Assembly: GCF_009834535.1 (NCBI RefSeq)
Contig: NC_045697.1
Coordinates: 24,616,001 to 24,680,000 of the forward strand
Origin: Camelus ferus
Taxonomy: Eukaryota
Direction of reading: 5' to 3'
Length of the DNA: 64,000 nucleotides
The notes beneath the pieces are model-generated. The model had not been told where the DNA came from and made no database searches. It saw only the letters and a list, made by a program, of their open reading frames with translations. Below are positions 1 through 14,433 of this stretch, piece by piece. Every line of letters starts with the position of its first letter. The first letter of the stretch is position 1. The translations under genes and the position numbers were made by a program.

Positions 1-854
1 TATGAAATATGTTTACATAGATAACTATATATTTATTTCTCTCCCTCTCTCCCTCTTTATCTAAATCTCTCTCTGCTGTTATAGGTAAGGTCTGTATGTA
101 CATGCATGTGTAGGAAAATACCATCTTTGAAGAATGTAGTAAAAAGTAACAGACCAAACATAAAAACAATATAGGCAAATGACTCACATGCATACACATG
201 CATTCAATATTTGGACCCATTCTGGTGAATTTCAGGATAAAATGTGTCATATATATTCACATTAACCGTAACTTTTCCTTATTAACTCCAGCATCCTTTG
301 ACCTTTGGCTGACTCTCCTCTTCTGGGAATTTCTCACTAGCAACTTCCTATTTGGGTAACCCCTATTCCTCCTTAAAACCATATGCATCATTATTATTTT
401 CATTCAGTTTTTCCCATTTTATATTCATGTTTTCTTTTGCTGTTTTATATTATTTTGACTTGGATAAGATTTTCTTTCCATAGGAAAAAATACATATTAC
501 AGTGATTTTTTTTTCTTGTGTTGCCAAACAAAGACACTTTTCTCACTTAAGATAAATTCTGTTGTCACTTATTTAATTAGTATTTTTTCTCTGATTCTTC
601 ATTCAGAAATAGTTTTCTGTTTCAGCCCTGTATTAGGCACTACGTAAGCAACTGCACAAACGTTGCTAAGAAAGAGCCATTACACCAGCCCTCACTCAAC
701 TTAAGAGTCTAGCCGGACATTTTTTACCCCTTGACAGCAGCACTTGACTAAACATGCTTGCCTTAGTGTTCTCAGTGGAACAGCCAGCATTCTTTGCCAT
801 TGCTGTGCGTGCTGGTGTTTAGGATAAAATATGCAGTGATTGCTTATTTCTAAA

Positions 855-1062
855 CTGCACTGTCAATATGGCAGCTACTAGTCACGCAAGGCTCCTTAAG
901 TTTAACTTCCAATTAATAAGATAGATAATATTAAATATTATTTCCTTAGTAATACTAGCCCAATTTCAATGCTCAATAGCACAAGTGATTAGTGGTTACT
1001 GTATTGGACAAAGCATAAGTAGGACATCCTTATCATTGTAGACAGTTTTATTGGCCAGTACT
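855..1062 (-). mobile_element. MER3-like hAT-Charlie MITE, degenerate
   Basis: Ends ctgcactgtcaata... and ...tattggccagtact, with internal 'tagtggttactgtattggaca'. This matches the recalled palindromic MER3/MER33 layout. Confidence 0.7.
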
Positions 1063-1769
1063 TTCTATAATATATGAGCCAAGGGATCAGGGTATCATCG
1101 CATAGTATTATAAAACTTTTTTCTTATTCTACTATGAGTGCAGATCAATAAATCCTTCCAAAGACCTTTAGAGAACTCAAAAGAAACATAAATTTTTCCA
1201 TCAGATTTTAGTCAAGATTCTATCTTTTTTCTCTACCGTTTTTGCTATTATACAAAGAATCATTTTCTGATGCAGTACAAGTTTTATTTTTTTAAAATAG
1301 TCTCCTTTAAGTGATTCTCAAAATAGTCTTTATCCATGTGTCAGTGTCCAATTTGACTTTCCTATACTGTTTTTGAAATAAGGCATATTGTTTATATTTT
1401 GTATTTATGTTTTTTTAATTAAAAATCCTTATTTCTCAAAATAAAATAAAAACTACTGATTTTTTTTTTGCTATTGAATTAAAAATAATTTATTTTTTAA
1501 GCTCTGTCTACTCTAGGAAAACTAATCTTGTTTCTGTTCCACATGTTCTGTTCCCAAATCTACAAAAAAAAAAGTTCTTGCCATTTTCTATAGAAAATTG
1601 TTTGAGAAAAATGTTTTAATCTTTATTAAGACATTTGGAATTTAGTAGATAACACTGAATTAACTATTGGTCAATTTAAAAAATCTGTATTCAAAGATAA
1701 TATGTATCAAATGAGTAGTCATAAAATAATAATATTTATAATCAAATTAGTAAACTCTCTAAGTCACTA

Positions 1770-1930
1770 CAGGAGGCACAGAAGGGTGAAATTACTGGAG
1801 CTTGAAATTAGAAGAAAAGACTTGAATCCCAGCTCCTCCACTTCAACACAATCATTGCTACTTCATTGGCTGTACCTTGGCCAAGATGCTTAACTGCTAT
1901 GTTTCACTTCATTTTTATAATGGAAATATG
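1770..1930 (+). mobile_element. MIR SINE fragment
   Basis: 'ttgaatcccagctcctccactt...ggctgtaccttggccaagatgcttaac' resembles the MIR B-box and core. Confidence 0.6.
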
Positions 1931-1949
1931 TAAGTCCCAAAACTGTTTT

Positions 1950-2520
1950 CATAAATACAGTTATCATTCAATATTATGTTAGCTGCAGGTGTACTACATT
2001 TGCATATATTATGAAATGATTATCACAATAAATCTGGTAATCATCTGTCTCCATACATTATTATAATATTATTGAGCACATTCCTTATGCTGTATAATAA
2101 TCCCATGGCTTATTTATTTTATGACTGAAGGTTTGTACTTCTTAAACCCCTTCACCTATTTTGTCCATCTTCCCACCCCTAGACCCTCTGACAACGACAC
2201 AGTTGTTCTTTGTATTTATGAGTCTGTTTTTGTTTTGTTTTGTTTTGTTTGTTTTTTAGATTCCACATATAAGTGAGATCATACAATATTTGTCTTTCTC
2301 TGACTTATTTCATTTAGCATAATACCCTCTAGATCCATCCAGGTTGTCACAAATGGCAGCATTTTTATGGCTTAGTAATGTTCTATTGTATATATACACT
2401 ATATCTTCTTTATCCATTCATCTATTGATAGTCACTTAGGTTTCTTCCACATCTTGGCAATTGTAAAGAATGCTACAGTAAGCATCAGGGTGCACGTATC
2501 TTTTTAAACTCGTGTTTTTA
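1950..2520 (-). mobile_element. Old LINE-1 3' end (L1MA-type): 3'UTR plus end of ORF2
   Basis: 'ttttagattccacatataagtgagatcatacaatatttgtctttctctgacttatttcatttagcataata' is the reverse complement of the conserved L1 ORF2 C-terminus/3'UTR junction. Confidence 0.85.
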
Positions 2521-4277
2521 ACGTGATAGATTTAAAGTGGTAACCCCCAAATGGATTAATCTTATTAATCCTTTGTCCCTACTCACTAATCTATTTTTGT
2601 TGTTGTGGTGGTTGAGAAGGAGTCTCAGTAATTATTTTCCCACAAATCTTACTTTTCCTTTAAGGATTCAAATTTTAGACTGCCCATCAGCCAACATGTC
2701 TAGAAAATAGAGTTAGTACACTTATCATTTATTTTCAAAGAATATCTTTATTTGTAGACCTCTTCTATGTTCAGTGATACTGGGTAGGATTGCATAGTTT
2801 GGGCACTGTACAATTCCAGGGAATTCTATTCACAGAGACTAAAAGCATATGCTATGGCTAAGATTTATAAAACTGTTTGATTACATTGTTTAAATTATTT
2901 TATATCTCAGTTTTTCCAATTGTGAAATAGAAATCAAAACTTAAAGCATGTTTAGAAGAGATGTTCTTGGCTATGGATACATAGAAAGTATGACTATATA
3001 AAATTTAGAACATAGTTTCATTTACTGTAATCTGGAGAATTTTTGTCTTTGATTCAGTAAGTCCCCAGGCATCTGCAAACAAGTTCACATTTTATCCAAA
3101 TGTTAAAATTAAAATAAAATTGTGAACTAGAGCAAAGATTTATACGCACTGACAGGATACTAAACACTTTTATGTAAACAATATGTTTTAGATAAATCAA
3201 TAAACTAATTAACTCCAATTGGCATTTTATAAAGTTACCTGTCATTTCTATTTAATGTAACAATATGTTTTTAAGTATCACCCCTTTTTCTTAAAATCTG
3301 CTATAACAGACATAAAACAAAGCAATACGAATAAGCTTCTTAACACTTCATTAGCATTAGTAGTATCTCTAGGTCTTCCTATGTTGACAAGCTGTGAGAA
3401 ACTGAGGGGATAAAATGTCATCCATGCACAACTGTATATAGCCAGGATTTGTATAAACTTTGAAAATTATGTTCTTTTATGTCCTCTCCATTATTGCAAA
3501 CATTTATTGCAAACAGTTGATTTTGGAATATTTAAATTGGAAGAGGGCATGGAGGTGAAATTGTTCATTGCTTTTGTTACCCAGATGAAGAAACTGGGGT
3601 CCAAAAAATTTACTGAAATTAGTTGTCGGCAACATGATAAACACGAGAATCCATGTCTCCAAAATCCTGTTCTTGTGGTTATTCCCACTCAAATATGATG
3701 CCTCCCACCAAAAAGGAAATATAAAGGGCCTGCAGTTCTGGCCTTTTCTAAAGATCTGATTGCATTTACATACAGGCTAAAGGAGTTTTTCTTAGCTGCT
3801 TCAGGAAAACAGAGCAGGCTAATTATGTAATATAATTAATTCTATTTTTCTTCAGGGCACCCACATAACTTAGGGGCTGCTCTGAATTTAAAAGAAACAG
3901 CAACTACCACATTTCCTTGTAGATTTATTGAACCTAAGATGATGTTCTTCATAAACATAACTCTATATGCAATCTGCTCTATACAGACCATACATTTTAT
4001 TAAAATGTCTTTCAATGCCTAAGTTCTTCTGTATTTTTTTTCTTTCCATCTGTTATTTTAAAAGCAGTAACACTTTTTACAGAGAAATACATCCATATTA
4101 CAGTAGGATAAATATCTTTTCTTCATATAGGGAAAGTTCAGTGGTCTTAAATATTCCATCTAGAAACACACAAACTAAGGAATTTATCTTATATATGGAA
4201 ATGTTTACAGTTCCTTTATGGCTTTAGATTTGAAGAATTCAATCTTTGCTTTGTAAATTTTAACATGATGTTTTCAG

Positions 4278-4445
4278 AGAGGCAGTGCAGTACAGTATGT
4301 AAAAGCATCAACTCTGAGGTCAAGTTTGTAAAATTCAGTTCCCAGCCCTATCACTTACCAACTGATTCACCTTGGACAAGAAATAGATCCTCTATGTGCC
4401 TCAGTTTCCTCATGGGTAATATGAAAATAATAACTATATGTCTTA
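4278..4445 (+). mobile_element. MIR SINE
   Basis: 'ttcccagccctatcacttacca...accttggacaag...tgtgcctcagtttcctcatgggtaatatgaaaataataac' is the MIR core. Confidence 0.8.
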
Positions 4446-4959
4446 TTTATTATGTATATATTTTATATTATAACTTTATATTATATGTATTTTGTAATTA
4501 TATAGATGAGTATGTCTAACTCTGCTTTCCTGTTGATATTAAACTAATTCCTCTATATTATGTTCTCAAAACAATCCAGACCAACATGATTTGATAAGCT
4601 TTAGTTATAATTATTATTATTTGTATGATTATCACAATAACCAAAGTACAAAGCACATGGCTATCTTCATATATGTATATATTTATACATATATGAAATT
4701 ATATCTGTAAACTATATATAATAATATATATTCATAATTATATTTCTATTAACAAGTTTACTTAATTACATTAAATATTAATATAATTATTAAAAATATT
4801 TAATTACATTTAGATTATATATATTTTTTGTTATCCCTAGTTTTGTTGCAGAGAGAGGATATGTATTTATTGAGGGACAGAAAAGGGACATATCAGAACC
4901 CTGCTGTTTTTGAGCTTGGTGTGTGGTCAATAGCATGTAACATATATAAAACAAATTAT

Positions 4960-7650
4960 ATGTCATGGCCAGGCATAGTTATCTCAATTGCAATACTGGT
5001 TCAACATTCAAAATTCAATTAATGTAATCTACCATATCAAAAAGCTAAAGAAGAAAAATCATGCTATCTTATTAATAGATGCAGGAAAAAAATTTGAAAA
5101 CTCCAACACTCGTTCATGACAAAAACTCTCAGTAAACCAAGAATAAAGGAGGCCTTCTTCAACTTGATAAAGAATATCTAAAAAAGGCCTCAGCTAACAG
5201 TGTACCCTTGAACAACTCAGGGGATAGAGGCGCCAACTTCCCTTGCAGTTGAAAAATCTGTCTATAACTTTACATTTGGCCCTCCATATCCATAGTTCCA
5301 CATCCACGGATCCAAACAATTGTGGATCATGCAGTATTGTAGTACATATTTATTGAAAAAAATCTATACACCGGTGGACCTACACAAATCCATGTTGTTC
5401 AAGGGCAAACTACACTTAACTGTGAGAAACTCAAAGCTTTCTCATCAAAATCAGGAATAAGGTAAAGATGTCCTCTCTCATCACTGCTTTTCAGTATTGC
5501 ACCAGAAGTCAATATTAATGCAGTTAAACAGGACAAGTAAATAAAAGGTATATGGACTGGGAAGAAAGAAATAAAATTGTCTTTGTTTGCAAATGACATG
5601 ACTGTCCATGCAGAAAATATGAAAAGATTCAACAAAAAGAAAGCCTTGGAACTCATAAGCCATTATAGAAAGGTTGGAGGATATACTGTTAATATACAAA
5701 AGTCAATTGTTTTCCAATACACCAGCAATGAACAAGTAGAATTTGAAATTAAAAACACAATATACTTTACCTTAGCAACAAAAAAATGAAATGTTCAGGT
5801 TAAATCTAACAAAATATATACAAGATCTATATGAGAAAAACTATAAAACTCTGATGAAATAAATCAAAAAAGTTCTGAATGAATGAAAATATAGTTCATG
5901 TTTATGGATAGGCAGATTCAATATTGTCAAAATGTCAGCTCTCCCTAGCTTAATCTACATGCTTGGTGAAACTGAATCAAAACCATAGCAAATTATTTAA
6001 TGGATGTTGACAAATTTATTCCACAATTTACATGGAAAAAAGACCCAAAATAGCAACATAATATTGAAGGACAAGAGCAAAGTTGGAGGACTGACACTAC
6101 CCAACTTCAATACTTATTATAAAGCTACAGTAATAAGCCAGTGTGGTATTGGGAAAAGAATAGGCAAATAGATCAATGGGACAAAAGAGGAAAGCATAAA
6201 TAGATCTCCATAAATATAGTCAACTGATATTTGGCAAGGAAGCAAAGACAATACAATGCACCAAAGATAATCTTTCCAACCAATGGTACTGGAACATGTG
6301 TACATTCACATGCAAAACATAAAATCTATACAAGATCTCACATCCTTCACAAAAATTAACTCAAAACAAAACACAGATCTAAATGTAGAATGCAAAACTA
6401 TAAAACTCCTAGATAGTAACATAGGAGAAAATTTAGATGATTTTGGATTTGGAGATGACTTTTTAGATACACCAAAGACACAATTCATGAAAGAAAAAAA
6501 TTGATAAGCTGGAGTTGCTTAAAATTAAAAACTTCTGCTCTGGGAAAGAGAATAAAGACAGGGAGGAGATAATTGCAAAAGACATATCTGATAAAGGACT
6601 GTTACCCCAAATATACAAAAACTCATAAAACTAAACAATAAGAAAACATATAGCTCAATCAAAAAATGAGCCAAAGACTTCTACAGACGACTCACTGATG
6701 AAAATACGTAGATGGTGAATATGAATATTAAAAGATACTCCACATTATACATCATCAGAAAATGCAAATGAAAATGAGATATCACTACACACCTATTAGA
6801 ATGGCCAAAATCCAGAACACTGACAACATCAAATGCTGCTGAGGATGTGGAGCAACAAGAATTCTCATTCATCACTGATGAGAATGCGAAATGGTACAGC
6901 CACTTTGGAAAACCGTTCGGCAGTATTTTACAAAACTAAACATACACTTACCATACAATCCAGCAATTGCACTCATTGGTATTTACTTAAAGACATTGAA
7001 ATGTTATGTCCACGCAAAACCTGCACAAAGATGTTAATAGCAGCTTTATTCATAATTGCCAAAACATGGAAGCAACCAAGATTACCTTCAGTAGGTAAAC
7101 GGACAAAGAAAGTGTGGTACAGAGAATGAAATACTATTCAGTGCTGAAAAGAAAGGAGCTATTAAGCCATGAAAAGACATGGCGGAAACATAAATGCATA
7201 TTACTAAGTGAAAGAAACCAATTTGAAAAGTCTTCGTGGTATATAATTCTGTCTAAATGAAAAAGGCAAAACTATGGAGACAGTAAAAAGATCAGTGGTT
7301 GCTGTGGGTTAGTGGGGAGAGAAAGATGAACAGGCAGAGCACAGAGGAATTTTAGGGCAGTGAAAATACTCTGTATGATGCTATAATGACGGATATCTGT
7401 GATTGTAAATCCAAACCCACAGAATATGCAACACCAAAAATGAGCCCTACTATGGACTTTGGGTAACAATTATGTGTTGATGTAGGTTCATGAATTATAG
7501 CAAATGTACCACTCTGGTGGAGGATGTTGGTGAGGGAGGAAGACTATTCACGTGTGGTGGTAAGAAGTATATGGACAATGTCTGTGCCTTCTGGTCAATA
7601 TTGCCATGAATCTAAAATGGCTCTAAAAATAAAGTTTATTTTAAAAAAGA
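4960..7650 (+). mobile_element. 5'-truncated old LINE-1 (L1MC1/L1MC2-like): decayed ORF2 RT-to-C-terminus plus 3'UTR
   Basis: ORF fragments SLFANDMTVH (degenerate F/YADD), KINSK..DLNVECKTIKLL and [16 protein letters not shown]. The 3'UTR 'actatggactttgggt...aaatgtaccactctggtgg...ctctaaaaataaagttt' is typical of L1MC1. Confidence 0.9.
5198..5412. mobile_element. MER8/Tigger2-family TcMar MITE nested in the L1MC element
   Basis: Terminal inverted repeats cagtgtacccttgaacaac ... gttgttcaagggcaaact. L1 ORF2 sequence resumes on both sides. Confidence 0.85.
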
Positions 7651-9629
7651 ATTGTTTATAAGTTTTTTGATGACTGTAAAAGGATAGGAACATTTCTGGA
7701 TGACTGGAGGTTCCATTTTTAGTGGGTTTTTTTGTTTGGTTTTGTTTGTTTTAAGAATTACTATTTTTTTATCAATGATAGCAGCATTATTCAAGTTCTT
7801 CTCATGGAAGATTCAAATGTCCCTTGACTTTTATTTTTTAATTAATTAACAACAAAGTGAAAATAACCTGTAATATCTCAGTAACACTGTTCAAACTGGT
7901 AGTTTAAGTAAATTTAGAACAATAAAGTTATGCTATTATAATTATATATTTTTGTACTCTTCTAGCTACATTATAGCAGATCAAAAAATCAGAGATAACT
8001 GGGCAGTTGTCAGAAATAGAAAAATAGAGTTAAAATTTTAAGGAAAAAATGCTATTTCTTAGGCAGTGAATCTTCACTGAGATACAATTCTCCATCAAGT
8101 AATTAGTAACTCCTATTATACTGTAGGTTTTATCAACACTTTTTAAAGGAAGAAAAAAGGTTCACAACTGGGTTTTAGGAATATGTCTTTTGTCCCACGT
8201 ACTTCCACATCAGCAGCCCGGTCTTGGCACAGATCATTAGCAGTTACCTCAGTGGATACAGTTAATTATCATTATTTCTTTCAGATGAAGAATACTAAGT
8301 GGAATACTTGCTCTGTTATGAGGCCAAAAACTATGCTGTTGACGTGAAAAAGATACTGCTAAACGTACAGTGAAGTGGCATCCTTATGATTTGCCAATTC
8401 CTGCCTGAAATGTGGCTCAATGTTTTCAACTATCTAGAGACTACGTTGTTATTGTTGTTGTTTTTAAACCAACTGTGGTCATACTATTCATAGTAACAGA
8501 AGACGTTAGTGGAATTTTGAAATCGATGTTCCCATTTAAATAAGACAACTTTCAAATTGATCTTTTTGTGTCACACCGAGCTAGAGAGTTTTAATGGATA
8601 CTTATTGAAGGTTACCTTTCTTCTTTGTTAAAGGCAGTGCAAGAGAGCTATTTTCAACTTGATTATGTATCACTAAATGTTGAAACAGGAAAATAGAGTG
8701 GCTGAGATATGATGAAGGAAATTACTTACGATCTCCTTAGAAACAAAAGAGGACAGAACCATTTCTTGTTTAAAATAAAGATGGCTAAGTAAATGGGAAT
8801 TACAATGTCACTTTGATGTGCAATTTGATTATCAATAGAAATATACTGAATGAAAGTTCAGAGAACATTTCTTTCCAGCAATGGTGTTTTGTGTAGGTCT
8901 GGCATGACATGTAGAGAGAATCCTTGTCATATTTTATTCAAAGACATATAAGCAAATAGATTTTCACATGGTAGACTTGCGCATTCAGCAAAAAGCAATG
9001 ACTGTATCTTTTTCTTATAGTTTTAAAAATCCACATACTGAAATTGAAGCTAAAAAATGTATTGTGGATTAAATTGACCTTTTCTAAAGAGATCAGGGTA
9101 AAGTACATATTTTATTAAAGTTAAAACTATAATTTCTTAGCAAAACATTACAATTAAAACTAGAAAATCTTGGCAATTTTTTTCTCTTTATAAAAGTGGC
9201 TGAAAACTAGTCTGCTCCTATTACTGATTGGCCAAAATATTAAAGCAAGAAAGTTATAAAAATATACAGACATCAATCAGAAGCTGACTAAACATGAAAT
9301 TAATGTAATTTAGGTGGAGATGAGGTTAGGTGTGACTAGTCACATTAGATTTTATTTTATTCTATTAAAATTATTTTCCATTCATCATATCTTGATGGGA
9401 CTGAAGTATGTAAGGGATTGTTCATAGTTTCAGCAACTTCTTCCTTCCTTCTTTCTAGTGGAAAATGTTTCTCTATTTAAATTTCAAATGATTGTGCATG
9501 AAATGTTATTACAACTTTCCAAGCACCATTTTCCAATAGTAAGTGTAATATATCACAAGCGATGATAAAGTTGGTTCATTTTAGAACCCCAAATGATCAA
9601 ATAAAATAATAATACATTATGTTCAGATA

Positions 9630-9810
9630 TTGCCTTGTAATTTCAAAGCACTTTAACGTACATTATCTCACTTGGTCCTCAGAGGAAGCAGTATTGTTTT
9701 TAGTACTGCTGTGATAGGGGAAAGAGAAGAGCTTCACAAAATTAATCAATTTATTGAGGTCACAAAGCCAATAAACAGCAAGTCAACTTTTGAAGGTGTG
9801 TCTTCCACCA
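9630..9810 (-). mobile_element. MIR SINE fragment
   Basis: 'tttcaaagcactttaacgtacattatctcacttggtcctca...gaggtcacaaagccaataaacagca' resembles reverse MIR. Confidence 0.55.
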
Positions 9811-10169
9811 CATCAGGCTGTCCTTAAACAGAAAGTCTATTCATCAGACAGTCAGTGGAGATGATGGTAAAGAAGTTATAACAAATAAACAATCTATGAA
9901 AAATAATAATAAAGATAAAATATTAGAGGAAGAGAAAATGAAATTGAGAAAGAGAAAAGGTGGAGATGGTTGAAGGAATAGTGAGTAAGGAAAGCTTAAG
10001 GAAAGCTGTGGTCCACAACTTTCTAGAAAATAGGAGACTTGAGATAATTGCTTTACATTCTTCTTACGCAGATCTGTATGCTCCATCAACTCTACATATA
10101 CTACCCCGCAGCCTGAGAAAAGACATTTAGCAGAAATTAACTTGACAACAAATAATGGAACAGGTACTA

Positions 10170-10620
10170 TAGTAAAATGGAGGGACCAAGATTTTAACCA
10201 TGTGATTCTTTACTGATGTGTTAACAGGATTAAGGAAACCGGTGAGGGTTGTTGGGGTACTCTAGGACAGTAGAACAATTGCCACCCCCAGACTGATGAT
10301 GCAAAGAGAAGAGATGATGTTAGTAGGGCCCAGTGAGATCTGGAGTCATTAAAAAGGGTCTTCTTGGTGCAAACTGTATTTCTGGAAGGACACTATATTT
10401 TATAGTCACAGAAGGGAAGAAGGAAGGATCAGGGGAAATTTTCTTCTGCCCTTGAATCTCCTACACTTGTCTCTCAATGATTGAACCTGACCAGAGGTCA
10501 AAAGGTAAGGGGTCCAGTAGATGGAGTCCTTAGGATTAGCCTCAGTTTAGGGCCTAGGTCAGCCTGGGGTTGCAGAGCTGGGCACATACAGAGCTGGATA
10601 GATTAGGGTTAGTCTTTTGT
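10170..10620 (-). mobile_element. ERVL-class LTR, LTR33-like
   Basis: 'ggattaaggaaacc...tgccacccccag...cccagtgagatctggag...gaatctcct...tgaacctgaccagaggtcaaaaggtaagggg' follows the recalled reverse LTR33 consensus. Confidence 0.6.
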
Positions 10621-12679
10621 CAGTCTCTTAACAAAGTAAGTCATGTGACTTCTTGTGCTCTCACCTCCGGGTAGCTCTGTCTCTTTCCTTGGACCTGGGG
10701 CACTCATTAAACTCATCATAAACCCCATTCCACTCTGTTTATTTTCCCTAAGGTCAGTTACCTAAGTGGACTTCCTTTATCAGATTAAGTCACCCCAAGC
10801 AGAAGACCACAAGAAGAATTAAGTCTCTAGGGAAAAGCAACAGAAAAGAGGAACTTTTAGAGCAAACACGTCTATCACGGGTGTGCTGTAGGAGGAGGAA
10901 GGTATATCAGGGAAGAAAACTTTCCAATGTTCCCTGACAATGTACTGCCTCTTTTTAAGGGAGATATTCCATAACTAAGAACAGAATCGGTACTTCCATT
11001 TAAATCCATTTCTTCACTTCTGAATACTCTGGTATAATGCCTACTCTGAATACTTAGAAGATCAAATCTGTGCAGCTGAGATGGCTCTGGCTTTCACAAA
11101 TAGGAAGGCAGCTAAAGAACCTAAGTGCCATGCCATTATTTAGTATTTTTACTGTTCACAGACATGTCCTTACTTAGCCTCTCTGCTGATTTTCATGATT
11201 AATGGATATGTGTCTTTCTATGGCAACTTTTGAATAAATCATAGCTTGCATGATTATAGCTATAGGTAGCTCTTCTAACCTACCTTATCTGCCCTACAAG
11301 GCGGGTGTGGATCAAACAGGATAAGGCATTTGAAATGTTTCAATAATTATAAAGTGAAATATAGTACTAATTTTTGAGCATATTATTTGTCCCCAAGGTT
11401 GAACATAGACATGAAATATACAAATGATAACACAACAGTGTGTGTGTCATAAGGTCATAAACTACTGGAGATCACAGCATTTTTCATTAAAGAAAAGAGA
11501 AAAAATTGTCATGTTCAGTTTCTCCATAAGAAATCACCTAAAGAAGTCATTTCAGCACAAGTGCATGTTGGTTCAGAATCAATGAAGATATTGCTTAATG
11601 GTTCTGAAAAATCTCCTTATTGATCCATCAATCTATAAATTTTTAAATATTGCCTATTCAATGTATTGGTCTTACAAGTTTTGAAATTAGGAAAGTGGAA
11701 ATCATACATCTGACACCTGAAAAAATTATATGTGAACTGAAAATCTAGTATGAAAATCACAAAAAGCCTACCAGACGATCTGCCAGTTTGGAGCTCACCG
11801 TAACAATGGGAAACAAACTTATAAAGATGTAAGTCCAATAATATGAGAGGTGCTATTATGGAAAAGTGGACTGTCCACGCAAGGAGTTAAAGAGGATACA
11901 AATCACAGCTAGTTTACTAGGGAGAGGGAATGGGACGGTGGAATGTTTTCTCATGAGTGAAAAAAATGACTGTTCATGGTAATGTTGATTATTGGCAAGA
12001 AGGGTAAAACTATTCAGGATTTTGGCAAAAAGAATTAGGGGGAATGAAATAAGTGAAATTCTAAAAATTTCTGGCTACTTCTCAGCTGGTAGCTATCATC
12101 AGTCATTGCTAATTAAAATGTATTAGTGATTATTGTGATTGTCACCAAGGACATTTTGTAGGTCTAAGTAATGGAGAAAAATTATGAGATCATATAAAGA
12201 AAGTTGCATAAGAAGCCTGAATAGAGTGAAGGTAGCTACTCTAAGGGGTCACAAAAAGAGAAAAATTCCATTAATTAATAAAATGTTTGGAAATTGAAGA
12301 TTCTGTTCCAAAGATATTTTCTGACTGACTGACAAAATTAATTGTCACCTCTCTGTGAAGCTCACACACGCCACTTTCTATGCCTCAGAAAGGGAGAAGA
12401 TTTAAAAAGAACCACTCTAGATGCTAGCTTAGAAGACAGGATAAATATCTCCTAAACAGAAAGATGAAAATGCTAAGAAAAGTGAACCAGGGATTATAAG
12501 ATGCTCAAGAGTTTAAAGGGAAGTAAAGCATGGATGTCTTTGGATAGGAATGTGAAAAAGATGGTGTGAGAGAAAAAAAAAAACAACAACTATAATATTG
12601 GATAAGCAATACCTAGGTGGCTCTTTCTTCATGTGGTGATTCTAAGAATTTTTAAAAAATTACACCCTGGGACTGAAAA

Positions 12680-13410
12680 ATTGCTAGTATGAATGTAAAA
12701 TGGTATGACTTCTTAGGAAATATTGATCAGTTTTTTAAAAAACTAAACACAGACCTATCATATGACCTAACCACTCCACTCCTAGGTTTTTGCCAAAAAG
12801 AAAAAGGAAATGTATGTCCATTTAAAGACTTACAAAGGTTCATTGCAGCTTTATTGGTAATAGCCAAAAATTGGAAACAGGCCAAATGTGCATGTCAAAA
12901 CAACTTATAACCAATTTATCTATTGGCTATCCAATGGATATCAAAATTATAGTTATCCAAATGACAACCAAGTGTGTATCAATGGATAAGCAATTGGGAT
13001 ATAGCTATAAAATGTAATAGTATTAATCAATAAGTGGAATGGATCATTGATACATGCAGTCAGATGGATGAATCTCAAAAGAATTATTCCATGTGAAATA
13101 AGCCAGACCAATAAAAAAGTATATACTATATTAATTAATTTTATATAAATGTCAAGAAAATAAATACTAATATATAGCAACAGAAAATAAATCAGTGGTT
13201 TGTTGGGGATATGGGGTAGGGGAAAGGATGAAGGAAAGATTATCAGAGATGTGAGGAAACGTCTGGAAGTGAAGGATATATTCTCTATTGATTATAGTGA
13301 TTATTGCAATTATGTATGCATATGTCAAATGATACACTTCTAATATGTGTTGTATATGTGTAGTTCATTGAATATAAATTATACCTTACCAATCCTGTCT
13401 AAAAAATAAT
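12680..13410 (+). mobile_element. Old LINE-1 3' fragment (L1ME/L1MD-like)
   Basis: Translation LSYDLTTPLLG...FIAALLVIAKNWKQAKC is the L1 ORF2 C-terminus, followed by a typical 3'UTR. Confidence 0.8.
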
Positions 13411-14433
13411 TATAAGATTCTTTGCCCATGGGGTGCTTCTGAAACTCTTAGAAAAGCTGTAGTAACCCATTATCTCCAGTGCAAAGATAAGGCAGCAACA
13501 TACACACACAAATGTGTTTACCTTGCCAAGCCATTTCTTTATAAATCTCTAGCTTTGATTGGCTAATGAAAATTTCGATTTAAGTATTTCACAATCATTC
13601 ATTCATTTATTCCTTCTTTCATTATCTCATGAACACATATTTATATCTCTCTATGTTAGGCTCTCTCTGATACTTCAAAACTGAAACTGTTAAAAATTCA
13701 GCATATTTCATTTTCCCATGTTCTTCACAAGACTTCCCATCTGTACGGCTTCTTAATCTAAGTTATGTGCACCATTACTTCACCATTTGCCATAAAAGAT
13801 ATGTTTTTACCAGCAAATCTTAATGAAGGGATATAGTGTAATGCAAGAACTAGATTTAAAAAGATGATTAAGATTCAGCCCAGGTGCTCAAGGATATTAA
13901 ATTCATGTGGCAGAAGATCAATGTATAAACAAAATGCAGTCATATAATGTATTTATAAGTGATGAGATGTACCAACATATTCTGTGTGCAGGAGTGCAAG
14001 AAATTTTAAAGAAAGATAATATTTGAAGCACAACTTAAAGAGTGAGTATGAATTTATTTTTCCAAACAAGAGGGAGGGAATGCCATAACAACATCATAAA
14101 CAAAAGCAAGGTAGTATAAAAGGCTGTTGTGTTTAGGCAAAGATGAGTACTTCCAGTTATATTCAGGAAGACAATATGGAAGGTTGCTTTGGCTCAACTT
14201 GGCAGTCTTTAAAAAATGATAATGACAAAAGGAAACACTTTCTGAATAGACTACTATAGAGAATCTCTAAAGGTACCACAGTTTAAAGAGTTGGTAGGAC
14301 CAGAGTTCTTGAGGCTCTCAGGAAACACGAGATGGTGTTCATATCATACATAAAGGATCATTTCACCCTTCCTACATTCCTAAGACATTGAGACTGTTTT
14401 CCTGTAGATCAAGCTAGGGACATTCTAACATCT

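Noticed and set aside
4440..4830. AT-rich quasi-palindromic stretches (similar ones near 28350-28420 and 42650-42730)
   Set aside because: Low-complexity, decayed (TA)n sequence with no regular repeat-spacer or array structure.
11676..11730. Possible minus-strand micro-exon (ttttttcAG|GTGTCAG...CTT|GTAAGA)
   Set aside because: Short pyrimidine tract and poor exonic donor context; such matches are expected by chance in 64 kb of AT-rich DNA.
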